From Bdellovibrionota bacterium (lineage in GTDB: Bacteria > Bdellovibrionota > UBA1018 > CAIPTA01 > JAALKR01): a DNA stretch of 64,000 bases. Both the position numbers and the translations under genes were made by a program. A model generated the notes under the pieces. It searched no databases. It saw only the letters and a list, made by a program, of their open reading frames with translations, and was not told the origin of the DNA. Positions 58,814 through 64,000 of this stretch are shown piece after piece (positions within the stretch are counted from its first letter, which is position 1; every line of letters begins with the position of its first letter). The stretch spans positions 1,472,001 through 1,536,000 of the forward strand of contig CBDBMJ010000001.1 of the NCBI GenBank assembly GCA_965207455.1. Direction: 5' to 3'.

Positions 58814-59726
58814 TCAAATCCATGAATTACTCCAGGAAAAAGCCGTGCGGGAAATTTTAGTTAACGGACACAAGGATGTTTGGGTGGAACGAGAAGATGG
58901 CTTAGAAAAAATAGATTCGGAAATATCCTCAGAGATGGAACTACAACAGTTTGTGAGGAGCCTCCTAAGCCCCATGGGAAGAAAAATTGATTTTAAAAGC
59001 CCTTATGTGGATGCACGCCTTTCCAATGGTTCCCGCCTATGCGCCATCATCCCTCCAGCCACCCTCGGTGGCACCCACCTTAGTATTCGTAAATTCAATA
59101 CTAATTTAAATTCCTTGGAGGAGCTCCATAAAAATAAAACCGTCAATGAAAAAGCCCTACGCATTATCCACGAAGCCATAGAAAATAAAAAAAATATACT
59201 GATCTCTGGCGCCAGCAGCACAGGAAAAACCACTCTCCTTAATGCCATTGCTGCCAAAATTTCTCCCAAGGAAAGGATCATTACCCTAGAGGATACAGCA
59301 GAACTATCCATTGCCCATCCCCACGTTGTGCGCCTAGAGAGTCGACCCCCAAATTCCGAGGGAGAGGGAGAAATTACCCTAAGGGATTTATTGCAAACGG
59401 CCCTACGAATGCGCCCCGATAGGTTAATCATTGGAGAGTGCAGGGGAAAAGAAGCTCTGGACCTACTACTTGCCCTAAACACGGGTCACAACGGATCCAT
59501 GGCCACCATACATAGCAATTCTCCTAGGGATTCCCTAAGACGATTGGAACTACTATGTGGGGTGAGCCAACAATATATTTCCCCTCAACTCATACAGTCC
59601 TATATTTGCGCATCTATTCACCTACTCATCCATCTCGTCAACGAAAAAACAAACCGACGGATAGAATCCATACAACAAGTCTGCGGCTTGGAAAGCGGCG
59701 TGTTCCTACTAAGGACACTCCTCTAA
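58791..59726 (+). CDS. cpaF: Tad pilus assembly ATPase TadA/CpaF
   Basis: EILVNG, VDARL, GKTTLLN, EDTAEL, LRMRPDR.I.GECRG.EA and NTGH.GS..TIH motifs. Confidence 0.93.
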   Translation: MPKASVHSQIHELLQEKAVREILVNGHKDVWVEREDGLEKIDSEISSEMELQQFVRSLLSPMGRKIDFKSPYVDARLSNGSRLCAIIPPATLGGTHLSIRKFNTNLNSLEELHKNKTVNEKALRIIHEAIENKKNILISGASSTGKTTLLNAIAAKISPKERIITLEDTAELSIAHPHVVRLESRPPNSEGEGEITLRDLLQTALRMRPDRLIIGECRGKEALDLLLALNTGHNGSMATIHSNSPRDSLRRLELLCGVSQQYISPQLIQSYICASIHLLIHLVNEKTNRRIESIQQVCGLESGVFLLRTLL

Positions 59727-60457
59727 TGAGAAGTTTTATTACAAAAGAAGGAAATATTTGTATTAAAAAAGTACGAAGGCAGATAGGCGCATCCAGAGAA
59801 ATATACAAAAAAAAAGAAAAAATCTGGAAGCACTTAAACCAAATGGGCATTCCTGCTCCGAAAAAATGGGAAGAAAAACAATCCAGCTTTTTTTTCTACA
59901 GCACTTGGGTCCATGGCACTAACTTCCATGAATACACTCGAGTGGTAGAGGACAATAGCTCTTGGATCATACTCCTTTCAGCCATGAAAAAAATTGAAAA
60001 ACTGCACGCAATGGATCCTCCCATACTCCATAGCGATCTATCCTCCAGTAACCTTATTGTCGTAAATAAAAAACAAGGCACCTGGATCGACTGGGAAGAT
60101 GTGGAACACGCCATACTTTCGTACCAACAACCCAAAATAGATTTTCATGGCACACCCGCTTACCTTGCACCCGAGCGAGCCATCTATGGACAAAATACCA
60201 TAGCAGCAGAAGTCTTTGCCCTTGGAGCTATTGCCTTCCGACTAGCTACGAAGAAATCCCTCTTTCCCTGCACCCATCAAGGCATCCTACAAGCAAGAGG
60301 GTTTTCTCCAGCACAGTGGGAAGAAAAAATTCAGTCCATCCCTTTGGAGTATAGAACTCCCATTGCCCATGCCATACACCCTGTGAAATGGCTTCGAACA
60401 AAGTCCGTATCTAACCTAATCTCGGAACTATCCCAATCGATAGTACTCTCACTTTGA
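59726..60457 (+). CDS. atypical Hanks-type Ser/Thr kinase-like protein
   Basis: TAATG overlap with the cpaF stop; ILHSDLSSSN, DWE and GTPAYLAPE motifs. Confidence 0.75.
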   Translation: MRSFITKEGNICIKKVRRQIGASREIYKKKEKIWKHLNQMGIPAPKKWEEKQSSFFFYSTWVHGTNFHEYTRVVEDNSSWIILLSAMKKIEKLHAMDPPILHSDLSSSNLIVVNKKQGTWIDWEDVEHAILSYQQPKIDFHGTPAYLAPERAIYGQNTIAAEVFALGAIAFRLATKKSLFPCTHQGILQARGFSPAQWEEKIQSIPLEYRTPIAHAIHPVKWLRTKSVSNLISELSQSIVLSL

Positions 60458-60473
60458 GTATAGCAAGGACTGC

Positions 60474-61169
60474 CTATATCAGAAGTAAAATGAATATAAG
60501 GAGGGACGATAAATTATCGGAGTTCTTGCAATTGCCAGCATCAATACAGCGAAGCTTTTTTAAAACACCCTCTAGCCCTTCTTCTTTCACAGTCTCATTC
60601 CAATTGTCTCGAAATAATCTTACTAAAGATATGCCTTCAGTTACTGTGTCTAGAATAAGCCATTCGTTAACCCCTTCTCGAAAAATAAGTTGAGCCTTCC
60701 AGGTGAACTCACTTCCAGTAGTGACTTTCATATTCATAAATGCATATCTCCTACCATGAGCTTCCTTACTATCTACTTTTCCATACTCTAACTTAAACCC
60801 ACTCTCCATAAAATTAACAAAAATATTATTCATTTTTCTTTGAAGATAAGAAACCATACGATCCCTATCTTCATCACTTATATCCTTAGAGTCCCATATC
60901 GACGGAGAAAATACTATGCGAGCGATTCCGTGAAAATTTATAGAAGGAGCAATATTATGTTTAAAAACATCACTATAAAATTGAGTTCTCTCTTCTTTTA
61001 AAGCACCTGCCTCTGGCTTCTTAAGCAGTTCAAGCTTCATTCGTGCAACTGACTCCTCTATACGTTCCCGATAATATTCTTCTGCCTCAGTATTTCCAAA
61101 GCTAAGCCCATGGAACCCAAGAAATAAAATTGCCGCTAACATAAGTGTGGTTATTTTTCTGTTCTTCAT
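60474..61169 (-). CDS. MlaC/Ttg2D-like periplasmic lipid-binding protein (paralogue 1)
   Basis: Signal peptide; P.INF..IAR.V and W.I.D...EGISL...FR motifs. Confidence 0.68.
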   Translation of the reverse strand: MKNRKITTLMLAAILFLGFHGLSFGNTEAEEYYRERIEESVARMKLELLKKPEAGALKEERTQFYSDVFKHNIAPSINFHGIARIVFSPSIWDSKDISDEDRDRMVSYLQRKMNNIFVNFMESGFKLEYGKVDSKEAHGRRYAFMNMKVTTGSEFTWKAQLIFREGVNEWLILDTVTEGISLVRLFRDNWNETVKEEGLEGVLKKLRCIDAGNCKNSDNLSSLLIFILLLI

Positions 61170-61175
61170 TTTTTA

Positions 61176-61790
61176 TTACCCCATCTGTTTTGAAATGGCA
61201 CTTAAAACACTAGCAAGCCCCATTTCTTTTTTGTCTTTCCAAGTATCGCAATAGAACCCTGTTACAGATCCATTTTCAAATTTCATATCCAAAAGAAGCC
61301 ATTTGCTTCCCTGTTTTTTCACTACAGGATTCTTCCTATGGAAAATAAGTGTAAGCACTAAAGTCTCTCCAAATTTAGGAATGGCCTCTGCATCCATAAG
61401 CGCAAAATCCTTATCCTTCTTTGATAAACGTACTCTTCCATATTTTATCTTGAATTTTTCATCCACAGAATTGGCGAAATGATGCTTCAATTCTTCTTGC
61501 AGATAAGAAATCATAGTTGCCCTATCTTCATTAGCTGTATCTTCAGAATCCCAGATTGATTTGGAAAATACCGTACGAGCCATTCTTTCAAAGCTTATAA
61601 AAGGGGCCACTTCTTTTTCAAAAGTATTATTAAGTAAAGCGCCACCCATTTTTTTAGCCAAAGTTTTTACGGCTCTCTTGTCTTTCTTCTCCTCTTCCTC
61701 CACTAGCGAGCCAATATTTCCGCCATCGTAGGGGACAGCAAGTAAAACAGCTGCTAACAGAAGCGTTTTTATACTTATTTTTCTTTTCAT
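61176..61790 (-). CDS. MlaC/Ttg2D-like protein (paralogue 2, more degenerate)
   Basis: Shares AP.ISF..MAR.VFS.SIWDS.D...EDR..M.SYLQ with 60474..61169. Confidence 0.6.
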   Translation of the reverse strand: MKRKISIKTLLLAAVLLAVPYDGGNIGSLVEEEEKKDKRAVKTLAKKMGGALLNNTFEKEVAPFISFERMARTVFSKSIWDSEDTANEDRATMISYLQEELKHHFANSVDEKFKIKYGRVRLSKKDKDFALMDAEAIPKFGETLVLTLIFHRKNPVVKKQGSKWLLLDMKFENGSVTGFYCDTWKDKKEMGLASVLSAISKQMG

Positions 61791-62173
61791 TACTAACTCC
61801 TTCCTTTCTCAAATAAAACATTATTCGATGCGTTGTCCCTCAATGGACTGTCTTGCAATATCCTGCAAAAAGCATCCCGTGTCAATAGAAATGAAAAAAT
61901 AACTTAATTTATCCCAAAATAGCTTTGAAAATAAGAGTTTACAGCCCTAAACGGAAAAATAAACCTCCTTAATAAGTGCGGTATTATTCAGAATTAACAG
62001 GCTATAGTTATGGCTTTTGCCTGCAAACATGCAACTATATTGAGATGAAAAAGAAAAAGACCAAAAAGAAGGCGCAAAAAAAACAGCCCTGCCTTTCCAG
62101 CTATAAGTTTAATACGGACAACTATATTCAGGCATTTTCATTTTCAAAAAGAGATGTGAAGACTGGACAGTTG

Positions 62174-62553
62174 ATGGCAGTAAAAGGGAAGCGCTCTTAG
62201 AAAGTGCCTTCCAATATTTCTATAATCTGGGATTTCGACGGAACCCTTACACCCATGGACTCTACAAGCAAAACAGTAGAAGCTTTGGGGGACGATACGC
62301 TGTTATTTCAACTGGGGAGAATAAGGATGAGCCTGAAAGTATTCCTGCCTTCTGTATGGATGAAACAATGAAAACTCGCTCTATTTTTGAAATTGCTAAA
62401 GGAACATTTGATGATCCAGCAACTCCAGTTAATAAGCGAGTAAGTTCTGATGATTTAAAATTTCCTTTTTCTAAATTGTTTCAATTTATAGAAGCGCATT
62501 GCCATCGAGTCTTAAAAGCTTGTGAAGCTAGTAACATTGACTCTCTCCTTTAA
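62174..62553 (+). pseudogene. degraded HAD-family hydrolase remnant
   Basis: MAVKGKRS, an in-frame TAG (62198-62200), then IIWDFDGTLTP (HAD motif I). The frame changes near 62300 into KTRSIFEIAKG...VN....PF; far too short for a full enzyme. Confidence 0.65.
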
Positions 62554-63011
62554 AAATGCTTATTTGATATACCTTTATCTAGTTGCTTTTTCAAAACAAG
62601 TGCTCGCTCTAGCAACGGATTTTCAGCAGTACAGCCACTCAAAACAGAGACACTCTCCTCCACCCACATTTTAGCCAAGCGCCTATCCAGGCTCTGCATA
62701 GCATAGCCATATAAATACAAGGCCTTGGCATAGAGCCAATGCTCTTGTCCACAGGAGGTTTGATTTTTTATATAGTCCCTGCATCGAGGAAAGAGGATTT
62801 TTTCTATATACACATACTCCTGTTGAAATTCTTCTGCACAGGTGGGGGCTATCTTTTTTTCTTTTCCTCTGTTTCTAATTAGTGCTGGCTTTTGAGTGGG
62901 CGTCTGCACAGGAGTGCCCACTAAGAGGGCTGCTAAAAGAGCTAAAGAACATACGTAGAAGCTAAATTTAGATATACGAAGGAAAAGTTTATCTTTTTTT
63001 CTATTCTCCAT
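62550..63011 (-). CDS. membrane-anchored helical hypothetical protein
   Basis: N-terminal TM; TPR-like AKALYLYGY; starts 3 nt after the upstream gene. Confidence 0.65.
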   Translation of the reverse strand: MENRKKDKLFLRISKFSFYVCSLALLAALLVGTPVQTPTQKPALIRNRGKEKKIAPTCAEEFQQEYVYIEKILFPRCRDYIKNQTSCGQEHWLYAKALYLYGYAMQSLDRRLAKMWVEESVSVLSGCTAENPLLERALVLKKQLDKGISNKHF

Positions 63012-63014
63012 GCT

Positions 63015-64000
63015 TTAAAAGGCCAGTAGGCTAGGTAGAATGGGAAAGAGAATCACAAAAAAAGTGGCAGGTAAGATGCATAGAAAAATGGGCAGCAGTA
63101 GTTTTAGGGGAAGAATCTGAGCAGCCCTTTCCCAGCGTAGTTTTTTCTGTTCCTCTATTTCCATAAAAATGCCTTGCATATCATCTCTAATGGAGGCCCC
63201 ATACTCGATGGAGTTTTTTAATAACATGCGAGTTTGTTGTAATAAAAGAGGCCGGTCCTGTTGTGTGGAATGAATAGCAAGTGAACTTACTTTTGTGTCG
63301 ACAGGTATCCCCACCAAACTTCTTTGTATGGCTGTCTGGGGATCCAAGCCCGACTCCATAAAGGATAGAAACGCTAAAATAAATTTCGGTAAATATACTT
63401 CCTCATCTTCCATGCCTCTGGGATACATCACAGCGCTTTGAATTTTTTTTATCCACCAAAGCCCTATGCTGTTAAAAATAATTGCTAGGAGTAAAACACC
63501 ACAGGACCAAATGGAGCTAAAGGCATTGATTATGAAATTTTTGTCCACTAGAAAGAATAGAAATAAAACCAGCCAGGGAAGAACGCTTGCCAACCATGCT
63601 TGAGCCCGCACCTGTATGGTGAGGGCATCTACCCTTCTTTGGGAGGAAAGGCGTAGCTGGAGGGACTTGCGAATTTTATCCAGGGTATGGGCGCAGGGAT
63701 TACCATTGGTAAGTGCCCGGGAGAGTATCTCTCCAATGAGATGGCCCTCAACTTTCTCTCCCCTTACTATCTCTTGGCACAGGGCTTGCTCCCTTTGGGT
63801 GGCTATGGGTTCCTTTCCATAGCTCTCTAGGGTTTCATGGAGAGCGCGTCCCGCTCGCAAAGACTGTACCAGGTACTGTAGCCATTGGATTTCATTCGTC
63901 ATGGGACAGGGAATTGATTCAGTGCAATATTTTCTTATATATGCCATAAAGCCCTTGATTTGGGCGTTCCAGAGCCTACGGTGTTGCCACAAAAAGAAAA
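63015..64000 (-). CDS. TadB-TadC (T2SSF) fusion-like inner membrane platform protein, 5' end possibly outside the window
   Basis: TadB-like part (LRAG...ALT.Q.R.QA.L...LP) followed by TadC-like part (ESGL...EYG...LPLKLLLP.FLCILPA.F). The frame stays open to the window edge. Confidence 0.75.
   Translation of the reverse strand, partial: FFLWQHRRLWNAQIKGFMAYIRKYCTESIPCPMTNEIQWLQYLVQSLRAGRALHETLESYGKEPIATQREQALCQEIVRGEKVEGHLIGEILSRALTNGNPCAHTLDKIRKSLQLRLSSQRRVDALTIQVRAQAWLASVLPWLVLFLFFLVDKNFIINAFSSIWSCGVLLLAIIFNSIGLWWIKKIQSAVMYPRGMEDEEVYLPKFILAFLSFMESGLDPQTAIQRSLVGIPVDTKVSSLAIHSTQQDRPLLLQQTRMLLKNSIEYGASIRDDMQGIFMEIEEQKKLRWERAAQILPLKLLLPIFLCILPATFFVILFPILPSLLAF

Noticed and set aside
59555..59725. 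Long N-terminal extensions given by the ORF track (kinase 59555; also 46742, 48617, 52292, 58764)
   Set aside because: They overlap upstream genes or promoters. Downstream ATGs with an RBS, translational coupling or paralogue-matched starts fit better.

Overview
AT-rich bacterial chromosome segment whose gene content suggests Bdellovibrionota or a related deltaproteobacterial lineage (inference). Most of it is housekeeping or surface machinery: aconitase, ung, purA, serA/serB, motAB-flbD, uvrB/uvrC, KamA, tamB plus an Omp85 gene, accBC, efp, pilMNOPQ, pcnB, nadA, RNase P RNA, valS, metK and a split Tad pilus locus. The main points of interest are: (1) a tRNA-Ile(CAT) gene split by a 248-nt Azoarcus-type group I intron that has an extra P7.1-like hairpin; (2) an accessory region between tRNA-Gly and valS containing six tandem paralogous small outer-membrane beta-barrel-like genes with divergent mature regions, a 140-bp leader/signal-peptide module that is almost perfectly repeated, one copy frameshifted in a poly-C run and one cut by a complete IS66; (3) tandem CPAF-like S41 proteases; (4) an enhancer-binding-type regulator lacking GAFTGA; (5) an atypical kinase coupled to TadA, and a TadB-TadC fusion; (6) small ORFs and pseudogenes missed by the ORF track. 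All family assignments come from motif recognition by eye, and no database searches were run.
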